DNA of 64,000 nt from Psilocybe cubensis (taxonomy: Eukaryota): assembly GCA_017499595.2 (NCBI GenBank), contig CM038999.1, positions 3,906,001 to 3,970,000 of the forward strand, written 5' to 3'. Each line of letters starts with the position of its first letter. Within the stretch, counting starts at the first letter, position 1. Of this stretch, positions 1-11,216 are shown one piece after another. The position numbers and the translations under genes are program-made. Under the pieces are notes generated by a model, which was given only the letters and a program-made list of their open reading frames with translations, was not told where the DNA came from and did no database searches.

Positions 1-1119
1 GGACAGCAGGGCGCTCTCTGGGAGATCTTCCCGGGGTTCAGCCTCGCAGCTCCAAATATGAAAATATTGTCTGCTCATACAAGCTGCGTCGGTCTGAGAA
101 AACTTCTATCTCCGTGGCCAACTGCTCTTACTCACATATCAATCGACTCAGCAATATCTACGAAACAAGCGGCGTTTGTTCTTCAGAGATCTCCTCAGCT
201 TGTACACGTCAAAATGTGTATAAATCCGCTAGAACATTACTCGGAAGGGATGTTGGAAACCATCCTGACCCAGGAAACATATCTTCCTGAACTTCGTACA
301 TTCCTCATCAAGGACTTTTTATCCACCTCCCCATGCACTGAAGACTTTTACGACAAAATTATTGCTCCCAATCTTTCATATATTTCATTTTGGGCGCCAC
401 GGCCGGCCCTTTATGTTGACACCCATGGTGGCGACCATAGTCGTCCGCTTACACCACTTCGGGGGCTCCTCCTGAAGTCCATTCACCTCAAAACACTGGT
501 GCTCAGCGTGGACCGGTACACATGTGCAGAAATTTCCGAACTTCTGCGAAGCGCCACTACAGTCACGCACCTCGTTTATAGAGCTCCGAAGCTCATGTAT
601 GATTCGGAATGGGGATGTCCGTCCAACTCGGCGCACGAAGCTTATTCATATCCTAAGTGGAAATTTACATCCGTATTTCTCTCTGACAGTGACAAGGAAT
701 TGCTTCTGCTTCCAAACCTGGAGAAGATTGAGATTGACTCAGACGACAAAGTCCCTTATGTAACGGATCAAGAAATAATCCAGTTTGTAATCAACAGATT
801 GGACCCCTCGCCTTCTAGTAATTTCTCAATACTCAAGGATGTAAAGATGAAATACTCCCAAAGAACAACCATGGATGTTATAAAACAGATTTCGGAGCAC
901 GCGAGGGAGGTTGGTGTTCCCATGAACGATATAAAACTCGATTTAAAGGCCTATAGAACGAGGCGTGAAAACGCACCAGCGCCTACGAGCACAAACTTCG
1001 GACTGAAGGAACAATCCAAAGCATGGGATCAACGTTGCGTCGAAGAACAAGTCAGTAGTCAGTATTCTGAACATCTTCCTATGCTTCAGAGCTCCTGTCT
1101 CGCCCAAAGACTGATATAA
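1..1119 (+). CDS. C-terminal part of a probable F-box/LRR-like protein (5' end outside the window)
   Basis: Long ORF with degenerate LRR-like segments (LPELRTFLI, APNLSYISF, LKTLVL, LLPNLEKIEI) typical of agaricomycete F-box/LRR expansions; no F-box itself is visible. Confidence 0.5.
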   Translation, partial: GQQGALWEIFPGFSLAAPNMKILSAHTSCVGLRKLLSPWPTALTHISIDSAISTKQAAFVLQRSPQLVHVKMCINPLEHYSEGMLETILTQETYLPELRTFLIKDFLSTSPCTEDFYDKIIAPNLSYISFWAPRPALYVDTHGGDHSRPLTPLRGLLLKSIHLKTLVLSVDRYTCAEISELLRSATTVTHLVYRAPKLMYDSEWGCPSNSAHEAYSYPKWKFTSVFLSDSDKELLLLPNLEKIEIDSDDKVPYVTDQEIIQFVINRLDPSPSSNFSILKDVKMKYSQRTTMDVIKQISEHAREVGVPMNDIKLDLKAYRTRRENAPAPTSTNFGLKEQSKAWDQRCVEEQVSSQYSEHLPMLQSSCLAQRLI

Positions 1120-2083
1120 TATATACAGGAGACGAAAGACCGTTTGCAAAGCCATACAATGATTTATGATCGCTCAAGTACTGATATTATATATATAGGA
1201 GACAAGGGACCATTGATGAAGACATACGAAGATCTATGAGTGGCAAGTGCAATCGTTGGCAATAAAATAGCGTCTTCCTTTGATAATCATTCTAGTTTAT
1301 TGAAGATATCTCTTTAGCGTTACTCGTATTCTCCAATTGCCGTGTAGTGCTACAGAAACCGGTGTACATATCAAGGGTGATCTCATATCGCTAGGATGAT
1401 TCTTTCCATTTTCAGCAGTTGCAATGGATTGTCGAGAAACGGACGACCACGAATGTCATTGTCCATGCATCCCAATAAAACCGGGCAACAGAAATATGTC
1501 AAACTTAAAGATCAAACTTTTCACGTATGCGCACTGTCCATTAGATATTGGTAGAGAGTAGTGCGAGCGACAATTAGAACGATCTGACGTATTATGGCAA
1601 GCGAAGCGCTCACATGAAAAACATGTTCTATAACATCATTAAGTCGCAATGCAATGTCGGGCAGGGGTGTCCGCTATGAGAGTTTTTCTGACGGTCAACC
1701 GTCGCGTTGATACCCTTTACGCGAGCTCAATGAATAGAATGAAGCGAGGATGCTGGGGTGTATTGGACTTGAGTCCCGAAGTACTGCCAGGCTTACGTTG
1801 AGTCCTGTCGCACTTTAGCAGCTTTTGGGAGTAGTGGGAAAAGATGTCATGTGCGTATATACCAGCCTCTACCTCTCTGTATATCTCGGAAATTTGGTGT
1901 TGAGTCTCTCAAGTTTCTCGGAATATTACTATCATCAGTCATCAACTGACAATTGGTCAATTAAACAAAGCGGAGTTGAAAGACCCAAGCTGGTGATATG
2001 GCTCAGATTGCACATGATTCCAGGATTGGTGAGGAGATATAAAGCGAGGTGGATTTAGGAGGTCAGGATAGCAAAATCCCGTT

Positions 2084-2612
2084 ATGCGTCTTACTTCGTC
2101 CATGTACGTCGATTCCCAAGTATTTGTACATACTAATTATAACCTTGCCAACTAACAAAAATTTCTTAGAATCTTGCTTACCCTGTCCGCGCTCGCCAGT
2201 GCTGCGAACCTTCAACCACCCGTAAATCGTACCGCGGGTGCGCATACTCAGGTGCATTGGGATGTGTCGCCTAACGACCGCGAGGAGTCATGGACACTGT
2301 TCCTCATGGACCCAGCCTATGCATTTGGGCTATATGCCATCCTCGGCACAGAGATTCAAAACAGCTTGGGTGTAGTAGACGTTGTGCTACCTGTTGGACT
2401 GGATCCCAGGTAAAACTGCATTCTTTTGCTGCCGCGGTATCCTCTGACTCTTTGTGTTTGTGAATACAGCAAAGATTACATCTTGAAATCTGTGAAAAAT
2501 GAGTGAGTGGCAATAACACTCAAAATATGCTCTGAGCTCACATAAACGTTTAAATAGCTGGGTCGACTATGTTCTTCAGGAAAGCCCTATCTTTCATATT
2601 ACAGCAGCATAA
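2084..2612 (+). CDS. Small secreted protein (4 exons)
   Basis: Splicing three GT-AG introns gives MRLTSSIILLTLSALASAANLQPP...WVDYVLQESPIFHITAA*, with a hydrophobic signal-peptide-like N-terminus. Confidence 0.6.
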
Positions 2613-3597
2613 ATTGAGGACAAAATTGGAATAAGTAATCTTGTCCCAAAGAATTGTAAAGCCTGGAAGAATGTAGACAGATGTACACTGCGTTTACTAC
2701 CACTAGTCTACATGATACGTATAATACAATGAACAGAAGCTATCGCTATGTATGCAGCTAGGACCCTTGGCATTTAGCCCAAAGGACGTTCCGTCGGACG
2801 GACAAAAATTTTGAAAATCGACCCCTTAGGACGTTCCAAAACCGGACAAAAATGACTGATTTTGAGCAAAATGTCGTTCCAGAATTCCGGACAGAAAAGT
2901 TGCAGGACCGCCGAGGTCGATCCAAAAACCGGACATATATCGTGATCAACGACCCTCAAAATATAAAGTCATCGGTTAGCGCTGAGCGCTGAGCGTGTAG
3001 TCGCTCCCCGCCCTTTGTATTGTGATACTACGTCGTTGTTTCTAATCTCAATATCGCCTTTTTAGTATTTTGCCCTTAGTAAACCCATAGTTCAAGAGAA
3101 TAAAAAAGGCGATGAAAATGTTTGCAAAGCGAAATTTAAATATTATTACATAGATTTTCTGCATCACTCATTCAATTGTAGTTATGTATTCCTACCATCA
3201 GCTTTTATTCGATTACAGGCATCCACAAAATGGTTCAGAAGTGTCCTAATTGCTGCTGCGCCCGTGAATTTTGTGCCTGTCCGGACACGAATTGGGCCTC
3301 TGGAGGGTCGTTCCCAATTTCCGGACAAACTTCCGAAAAAATTGATAGGTCGTTCTACGGTTGGGGACACGCGAAGACATCAATTTTTATATCTTCTGAA
3401 CGCGAATTTTCTGGAGAAAAGTTCTAGAGAAAACTGATGACAGATTTGAACTCAGACCATTGAAAGGGGAGACCGAATGGATTACTGTGTCCGCGCGTCC
3501 GCCGGACATCCGCCGGACAGACTCACGTGACTACCTCGTCACGTCGCGTCTCAATGTACATTGCCCGCGCTCTCGCCCGCTTTGTATATATACTCAA

Positions 3598-3725
3598 CAA
3601 CCCTAAAAACTAATCCCTAACCCCTAATCCCTAACCCATAATCCCTAACCCCTACACCCAACCCTAAACTACCTAATCCCAACCCTAAACTACCTAATCT
3701 AATTAATTAATTAATCCAACCCTAA
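3598..3725 (+). repeat. Interstitial degenerate telomere-like (CCCTAA)n tract
   Basis: Multiple CCCTAA/CCCTAAT/CCCCTAA variants read directly from the sequence. Confidence 0.8.
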
Positions 3726-3754
3726 GAAATAAAACAAACTGCTAAAATATGTCA

Positions 3755-4203
3755 AGCACTGGAGTGGTGAGATTGAAACTAATAATTCCACCACTGCAGT
3801 GGTATAAGTTATGTAGACAATTTCACCACTTCAGTGGTACAAATCATGTGCACTGTTCTAGCACTTGAGTGATATAAGATACATTCTAAATGTTACCACT
3901 CCAGTGGTGTAGAAATTATAAAAGTAGCAATAATTACTATTCTTAGCATTGTATTTATTCTATCTGACACACAACTATGACCACTGCAGTGGTGGAATAC
4001 AACAAGTCAATTTCAGCACTGAAGTGGCAAACTCCAACATATTAATTTCACCACTTCAGTGCTGATATTAACTTGCTACATTCCACCACTGAAGTGGTCA
4101 TACTTACATGCTGTACTTGATCACTGGAGTGATCAAATTTACATGTCGGATTTGACCACTTCAGTGGTGAAAACTAACATGTCAATTTCACCACCGCGGT
4201 GGT
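3755..4203. repeat. Array of 12 palindromic CACTnnAGTG motifs with an exact 35-bp period
   Basis: Cores start at 3757, 3792, 3827, 3862, 3897, then 3982, 4017, 4052, 4087, 4122, 4157, 4192 (the last is the variant CACCGCGGTG). Confidence 0.9.
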
Positions 4204-4403
4204 CACGTGGATCACGTGCTGTCTGCCGGACGGAGTGTCCGGCGGAAATTATGATTATATTAATCCATTCTATCTGTTGAAAGGAGTTCAAAAATGGTGT
4301 TTTCGTGAAGTTCCCACGAGCGGAAAAAATGGCGAAATTTTTGGCCCAAATTTTTGACATTTATGGCTATGTATTGGAGTTATCTAATCATCGATAAGAG
4401 CAT

Positions 4404-6236
4404 TCACGTGTTGAGAACCGCGTCAATTGACATCATTGCCCGCTGGGATACCTGGCGATGTTGTTTCTGCTTTTTCACAGCCCATATGGCTGCCTGTCCG
4501 GTCAGTCCCAGGCGGTATGCACTCATAAATCTCCATGATCTGTTGATGAACCGTCGAATAACATCAGTTGGACAAGATGCCAAATAGGTTTTCACAGCAT
4601 CTTTTGCCTCCTGGAAGTTTTTCTTTTCTATTTCACGGTAACGATATTTGCACCACCCCCAGTACTAGAAGAGTCAATACAAAACTTTGAATGATATAAA
4701 AATTTGGTACACACTATTTCAATAGGATTAAGTTCACAATGAAATTTAGGAAGGAAGATGCATTCGTGCCCCCGCTCCTTGATAAATGTCTCTAGCCGTG
4801 AAGGTTGATTTTTGAAGTCATCCTGTTGACTGAGAAGCCGTGCCATGTAGCAATTTGTGCTATCAATTGAACACACTGGAGAGCATTTGGCACGTAGATT
4901 AGCAACTTCAAATCCCCGCTCCTCCAATACTTGCTGAAGCCCTTTTGGTTGCCCATTAGATAATGTCATTTTTTGTAATTTTCCACGAAGATTGACCACA
5001 GGATTGGTGTCCGGAATAATTGTGTCCCGCTGAACACGTTGTTTACCACCGTTTGTCTTGTTCATTTCAAACGCTTTGAGTGCGTCATCGGGTAGGGATG
5101 CATGTGCAGAAGATTGATCAAAAATGAAAAGCGCCTGTTTGCCTGGATGTGCAGCTTCAAAAACGTTAACAGCATCTTTCATCTGCATTAGCAGTTGATT
5201 GCAGTCCCACCATGCATCGCCGCCTGTGCCAGGATAAATAATTTTAGTAGAATCACGTACAACATTACCATCCAAATCAAAAAGAATTAGGCGCCCAGTC
5301 TCGGGATTGATAAAAGCAGAGACATGAATCAAGCGGCCACGTCCTTTTTTTCGCAGTGGCTGCTCTCCCGAACAAAGCCATGCACTGTTTGCCATATCAT
5401 TTCCATGGAAAGTGCTCTCGTCGTGAAAATTAGGAATGATTTCCTTTTCTCCGGGGAGAAGTGTAGGTGGCACTCGTATCAAGCCTGAACCATCAGAACT
5501 AGGTTCATATTTTGCCATTCGTTTTTCATATTGAGCCATTAGTGGAAGGAAAACGTTTTGCCTATAATTGACAACATCCGGACGCTCGTGACCATCCATA
5601 TATACCCCTTTTTTAATCTGGGTGTGACGCCAACCAAGTTTGATTAACCATCGACGAATTGTTCGAATGCTGATAGGTTTTTTTTGGTTTGATATCAAGC
5701 TCGGGAAGGATTTGGGTATTGACGGCAACCTGCAGCTTCTTTGGTGTTACTTCTCCGGTCTTTATTGAGTGAAGATAATCCAGTATCCTTTTTTTGACAA
5801 TCTCATCCTTTAGCAATGTGTGTGCATTTCCGTATCCACCCCGCCGCTCAATAGGAAGCTGTTCAAATAATTGGTAGTGGTGCACAAGCTTCCGTACTTT
5901 CCTAGCAAACCAAACACCATCTCCAGAGTGCCATTGTAATGCCAGCATTTTGCTTGCTTCAATACGACGATAGCCTTTGATTCGAAGTGTGGCAAAGTTG
6001 CAAATAATGAGGAGTTTGTTGATTTGAGATAATGAAAGACGTTTTGAGTCTGTACCCTTCTTGATGTCCTCCTGAATCTGGGCTCAAAGAACCTTCCAAT
6101 CCCTAATCTTGACAGGTTGAATAGTCTTGGCCAGTTCCTCTTCCCAATCCTCTATTTGATCATCAGAATCTGGCGGCGGATTATAGTTTTCTGAGTCTGA
6201 TTCTGGATCCGAAATCCGATTAGATATTTCTGTTTC
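4404..6236 (-). pseudogene. 3' part of the outer element's DDE transposase (IS630/Tc1/mariner-like, long D-E spacer)
   Basis: Motifs KKGVYMDGHERPDVV, HDESTF, LRKKGRGR, FDQSSAH, PKFHCELNPIE, then a last exon YWGWCKYRYRE. In-frame TGA at 6084-6086, +1 frameshift in the T8 run at 5678-5685, and interruption by the insertion at 6237. Confidence 0.85.
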
Positions 6237-6632
6237 CACATAAGACAGTTTATTTATAACGTACATTACCTAAGATTTAATAATAAGGATATTACGTGAG
6301 ACACGGTGGATTTACTTCCGCTACCTAATTAGGAGATTAGCGTGATGTACGTGTGATTTAGCCTGGCAAATCATAGCGTACATGACGTGCCATTTAGCGC
6401 TAAATGGAGCCGCCGGGTGGCCTGCGGGATCCGCGCGTCTACCTACACGGAAGAAACACGGGCCGGAAATGAGCCGGACGGGTCCATTTGCATCCCGTGT
6501 ATTGCAAGCAGACGGATCCGCTTGACCCGTGTTGTGCTGTCAGACGGACCCATTTGACCCGTATCTTCCCAGAGAGGGAGGGATATTTGAGAGGTATTGC
6601 GAATCAATGAGCACAAGGGCTCCAAAAATAAT

Positions 6633-8137
6633 TTATTCATCTCTACCGGTATACAAATGCTTTTCCAAACTCGATTCAATCCCTGCCAGCCCAGCGTCAA
6701 TTTCCTCCAGCGCATTATAAGTCAGAATTTCTGACTGCAGCTGATGCAGGCGGAGGTTCTTAAACGTTGTGACCTTGCTGTCATAACTATTGTCGCCGAC
6801 GGAACTGTCGATTATTTGGTCGTATGTTGCCCGTAGCTGCTGCTCGGTATAATTCTAAAATAGTTGTCAGTATCTAGTGCTTGGTAATATCTGAGTGCAT
6901 ACATATAGAAAAGGAGGGTTAAAATATGCCGTCTGATCTGTCACATCCTCGAACTCAATGTCAGACTGGGTGGGAGGCGAACCGGGGTAGCCGCCCATGG
7001 GATCAAACCTGCCGTAGGTTCGAAAATAAGGGTTTTGAAGGAGCAGGTGGCATGCTTCAGGGGGTGGAGAATAGCGACCTTGCTTCCTCTCAGAGGAAAT
7101 AGCTGGACGAGAGTCCATAATGATTTTGTCGACGACAGACGTGTATGAAACATGTGCTGCCATCAACGGCGGAGCCACATCATCCCGGATGACAGGCATA
7201 GGTGGAGGATCCAGGGTATCTGGAATAACAGGCATAGGGGGAGGAGCCAGGGTAGGTGGAATGACAGGCATAGGGGGAGGAGCTAGGTTATCTGGAATGA
7301 TTGGCATTGGCGGCGGAGCCGTGTCGTTCCGGATGACAGGCATTGGCGGCGGAGCCGTGTCGTTCCGGATGACAGGCATTGGCGGCGGAGCCGTGTCGTT
7401 CCGGATGACTGGCATTGGCGGCGGAGCCGTGTCGTTCCGGATGACTGGCATAGGGGGTGGAGCCAGGTTAGCTGGAATGACAGGCATAGGGGGTGGAGCC
7501 AGGTTAGCTGGAATTACTGGCATTGGCGGCGGAGCCAGGTTAGCTGGAATGACAGGCATAGGGGGTGGAGCCAGGTTAGCTGGAATTACTGGCATTGGCG
7601 GCGGAGCCAGGTTAGCTGGAATGACAGGCATAGGGGGTGGAGCCAGGTTAGCTGGAATTACTGGCATTGGCGGCGGAGCCAGGTCTTTCCGGATGACTGG
7701 CATAGGGGGCGGAGCCAGGTTAGATGAAATGACTGGCATAGGGGGAGGAGCCAGGTTATCTGGAATAACAGGCATAGGGGGTGGAGCCAGGTTATCTGGA
7801 ATGACTGGCATTGGCGGCGGAGCCAGGTCATCCGTCCTTGCTGTGCGTTTGCTTTCCTTAGAGTTGCTAATATTTGAAGACATTGCTGATGCTCAGAAAT
7901 CAATTAAAATTTACTTGAATTAATGCCATTAGTCTTACATTTTATAGGTTTTACGGGAGGAGGTTCCTTCAGTTTTTCAAGAAGCCTGGTAAGATTGTTG
8001 AGACTGGTGTAGTCAATGGGGGAATTTTTGCTAGAGGTGGGAATAAAGTTGTAGGAGGACATACAGTCCAGAAAGTGCAACTGGGTGGGCTTGTTTATAT
8101 ATCTCACGGAATACAATACTATCCGAGGATTCTCCAT
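6633..8137 (-). CDS. KDZ cargo protein with ~19 tandem 12-aa proline-rich repeats (xxLAPPPMPVIP)
   Basis: ORFs 7904-8137 and 6867-7883 plus a final exon ending at 6633 join in frame across GT-AG introns. Confidence 0.65.
7160..7830. repeat. Coding 36-bp minisatellite, ~19 units
   Basis: Repeated GGAATGACAGGCATAGGGGGTGGAGCCAGGTTAGCT-like unit, with blocks of subtypes (ANL x6, NDT x4). Confidence 0.95.
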
Positions 8138-8366
8138 GACACGGAAATAGATTCACCCGTGTATCGAACTTAGCAACTTTTGCACAAACTGGATCTGGTG
8201 AAGAAATCACATGACTCAGATTGTACATGTTTGTGTATGGTTTTGTTTTGCGGGACCGCTTTTTTTTAGACTTTTTTTAGACTAACTCCAACCACGATCA
8301 CCACCCCACGTTCTACCGTGCCTCACCCATTAACGCGTCTTCCCCCCCAAAAAAAACGCTTTCCCA

Positions 8367-10938
8367 ATGGCCTCTTCATCTTCCACCACCGCCACCTTCG
8401 CCCAACGCCTTGCTGACTGGGAAAAAACCTTTACAGAGTGCTACCGCAATGGCGAAAGCGCGTTCAACGCTCAGTTGGAGCAGCTCTACAGGGACTTGGT
8501 GAGTAATCGATATCCCTTGAGCATAAGACTTACTGAACAAAAAAAATTCATCCAAATAGGTTCCACTGTGTCAAGAACACGTCAGGGACGCGGCCAACTT
8601 CCGCCTCGTGGATTATGTCGCAAGCCCTGTCGTGTATTCATACAAGACCAGCCAGGGCAAGGACGGCAAGCAGGTAGCAAGGTTCGAGGTCGACTGGGCA
8701 AATTTGCATCATCAAGTCGCAAATTTCAAGGCATACCAGCAAGGCCAGGAGGCACAGAGGAAGAGGAGGGAGGAGGAAGAGCAAGAGAAGAGGAGGGAGA
8801 AGGAGGAGCAAGAGGAGGAGGAGAGGCAGAGGGTGGAGGAGAGGAGGAAGAGGGAGGTGAGGAGGAAGAGGGAGGAGAAGAAGAAGAGGGAGGAGGAAGA
8901 GGAGAGGCAGAGGGAGGAGGAGGAGGAGAGGCAGAGGGAGGAGGAGAGGAGGAAGAGGGAGGAAGAGAAGCAGAAGGTGGAGGAGAGGAGAAAGGATGAG
9001 AGGAGGAAGAGGGAGCAGGAGAGGAGGACCAGGGAGCAGGAGAGGCAGAAGGCGGAGGAGAGGAGGAAGAGGGAGCAGGAGCAGGAGCAGGAGCAGGAGA
9101 CAGACGAGGAGAGGAACAAGGAGGAGACGGAGAAGAGACGGGCCGAGAAGGGCAAGGGCAAGGCAGTCGAACCCCCGGTGGAAGACGGACCCGTGACAGA
9201 CGCCCACAAAGACAAGGGCAAACGGAAAGCGGCGGACCCCGTGGAGTCCATTCAGTTGGCTCCAGCGGATTACAGGGGCCCACGGACAAAGAAGGGGGAA
9301 ATTATTCCCCACATTACCGCCTCCAACATGCCCGGTCACCCAGCGTACAGGGAGAAGCTGGAAAGATTGGCGAAGTCCAAGCAGGGGAAATTCAGGAGCA
9401 AGGCGATCATAGGAAGCCACACGGACGAAGACGCGGACGCGGACGTCGACGAGGACGACGAAGGCGATAACAAAGGGGCACCGCCTACCACCCCCACTGC
9501 CACCCCCACCCGGAAGATGCGCACGCGTTCCGTAAAGAAGGACACCGAGGACGATGTCCCCCCCATCAGGAAGGCGCGGTCGAGATCCCAGAAAGTGCGC
9601 CAGGTGCCAGAGGGGATGGTGGACATGGTGGAAAGGTGCACGGCATGCATCAAATTCAAGGTGCCATGCTATGTCAAGGGGGAGACAGGCACTGAGCCTC
9701 TCGTCCCCGTGAAGCACCAATCTTGCGAGTCTTGCAAGTCTCGCAAGATCCACTGCAGCTTCTACCCGGGGCGCAACACCTTCGTGGGTCAATTTTTGAC
9801 GACGCCACTGGGAAGCTATGGGGAGGCGTTGAAGTTGGAGGAGGGAGAAGATGTTCCGGCGAAGGGGAAGGCCGGGGAAGGGTCGTTCCCCGAGGATGTG
9901 GGAGAACTGCTTGTGCAGCTCTTTGAGCGCCAAGGCAGAATCATGGAACGGCTGGACGGGTTATCCGCGTCCATGACGGCGATTAATGCACGGATTGCGA
10001 CGTTTGCCGAGACGAACTTGGCGGTGGAGAACAGGATGAAGAGCATCGAGGACGGCATCCAAGAGGTGAAGGCCGAATGGACCATGGCCAAAGAACAAGT
10101 GGCAGGAAGCACCTCGCTTTCCGTCACGATGTTCAACGACATCACCAAGAGGATCAACCACGTCCGAGATGTGGTCGACGATTTGCTGGAGCAGGATGAA
10201 CAAAGGAATCCCGCCCCCAAACAGGCAGCAGGACCCTCCAAGACGGAGGTCGAACAAGAATCGGGTCCGTCGCGGACCCGTGAACCCACCTCTGTGCCAC
10301 AATCCCCAAGCGCACCACCACCGCCAGCACCCCTCCCTTCCCCACCTCCACCTCCAGCAGCACCCACTCTCCCTTCCCCTCCTCCACCACCGCCAGCACC
10401 TGTCCTCCCTTCCCCTCCCCCACCTCCACCCGCACCCGTCCTCCCTGCCGTGTCTGCGCCACCAACAGCGCTATTCTTGCCCGGTTCGACTCCGGAAGCG
10501 CCTTCGCCCCCCCCAGCTGGCCGACCCTCGCTCCCACCGGTACCGCCCATCCTTTCCCTGTCTCCACCACCCCCTCTCCCAGCTCCACGTCCTCGAAGTT
10601 CGACGTCAAAGGCCGCACCGTTGTCAAAGGGTGCACCATCGTCAAAGGCCGCGCCATCGTCAAAGGCCGGCCCATCCTCAAAGGCTAAGCCATTGTCAAA
10701 GGCTAAGCCATCCTCCAAGGCTGGGCCATCCGGGAATGGACACTCATCGGAGTTGTCTGAGCCCTCGGACAGCGACGAGGTTGAAATTGTGGAGGAGGAG
10801 GATGTTGAGATCGTGGCGTCCACGCTGCCCGCGTCGAACATAGCCACAAAGACAAGGGCTGGACGAAAGCGAAAGGCGGAAACGACTCTGGCTGAAGCAT
10901 CGCGCTCGCCCAAAAAATCCAAGGCCCAAAAAAAGTAG
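8367..10938 (+). CDS. KDZ cargo protein: E/R/K-rich coiled coil, Zn(II)2Cys6-like cluster, proline-rich tail, basic NLS-like end
   Basis: Exon 1 8367-~8498, intron GTGAGT..TAG, then a long exon; CTACIKFKVPC-x18-CESCKSRKIHC matches CxxCx6C...CxxCx6C; C-terminal RKRK...PKKSK. Confidence 0.75.
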
Positions 10939-11216
10939 TGTATTTCAATTCTTTGTAACTTTTTTTTGGTCTCCTTTTTTGCCTGTCATATATTACATTG
11001 CTCACATCCCTATACAATTTTTTCATCATTTGGACTGTATATAGTTTTTACTCTCATGTGCTCATCTGTTTTATACCTCTCCCAAAAAGTAGCACTTGAT
11101 GATTTTTAATGAACCCCGCTTTCTGTTTTGATTTTGTGTGAAAACATGTTTGAGAAACATCAAGATAAGAATAAAAAGCATCACATTCAATAGGTATCAT
11201 GAATCTACTTCAACAG

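Larger units (their letters stand above)
3468..4276. mobile_element. Non-autonomous ~0.8-kb insertion inside the outer element
   Basis: 8-bp direct repeat TTGAAAGG at 3460-3467 and 4277-4284; inverted GAATGGATTA/TAATCCATTC (3475-3484, 4261-4270) and TCCGCCGGACA/TGTCCGGCGGA near the ends; removal restores a TTTGAACTC...GAGTTCAAA hairpin. Confidence 0.65.

Noticed and set aside
3598-3725. True telomere or chromosome end
   Set aside because: The tract is short, degenerate and internal, and lies inside a TSD-bounded insert.
3755-4203. CRISPR array
   Set aside because: The context is eukaryotic, the conserved core is only 10-16 bp, the spacers share residual similarity, and no cas genes or leader are present. 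Kept as a repeat array.
7120-7923. Plus-strand 267-aa Gly-rich ORF (GIGGGAR repeats)
   Set aside because: It is the antisense shadow of the 36-bp repeat; splice signals and flanking exons support the minus-strand gene.
8638-10922. Several long minus-strand ORFs (Leu-, Ser- or Gly-rich)
   Set aside because: They are shadows of low-complexity coding sequence on the plus strand.
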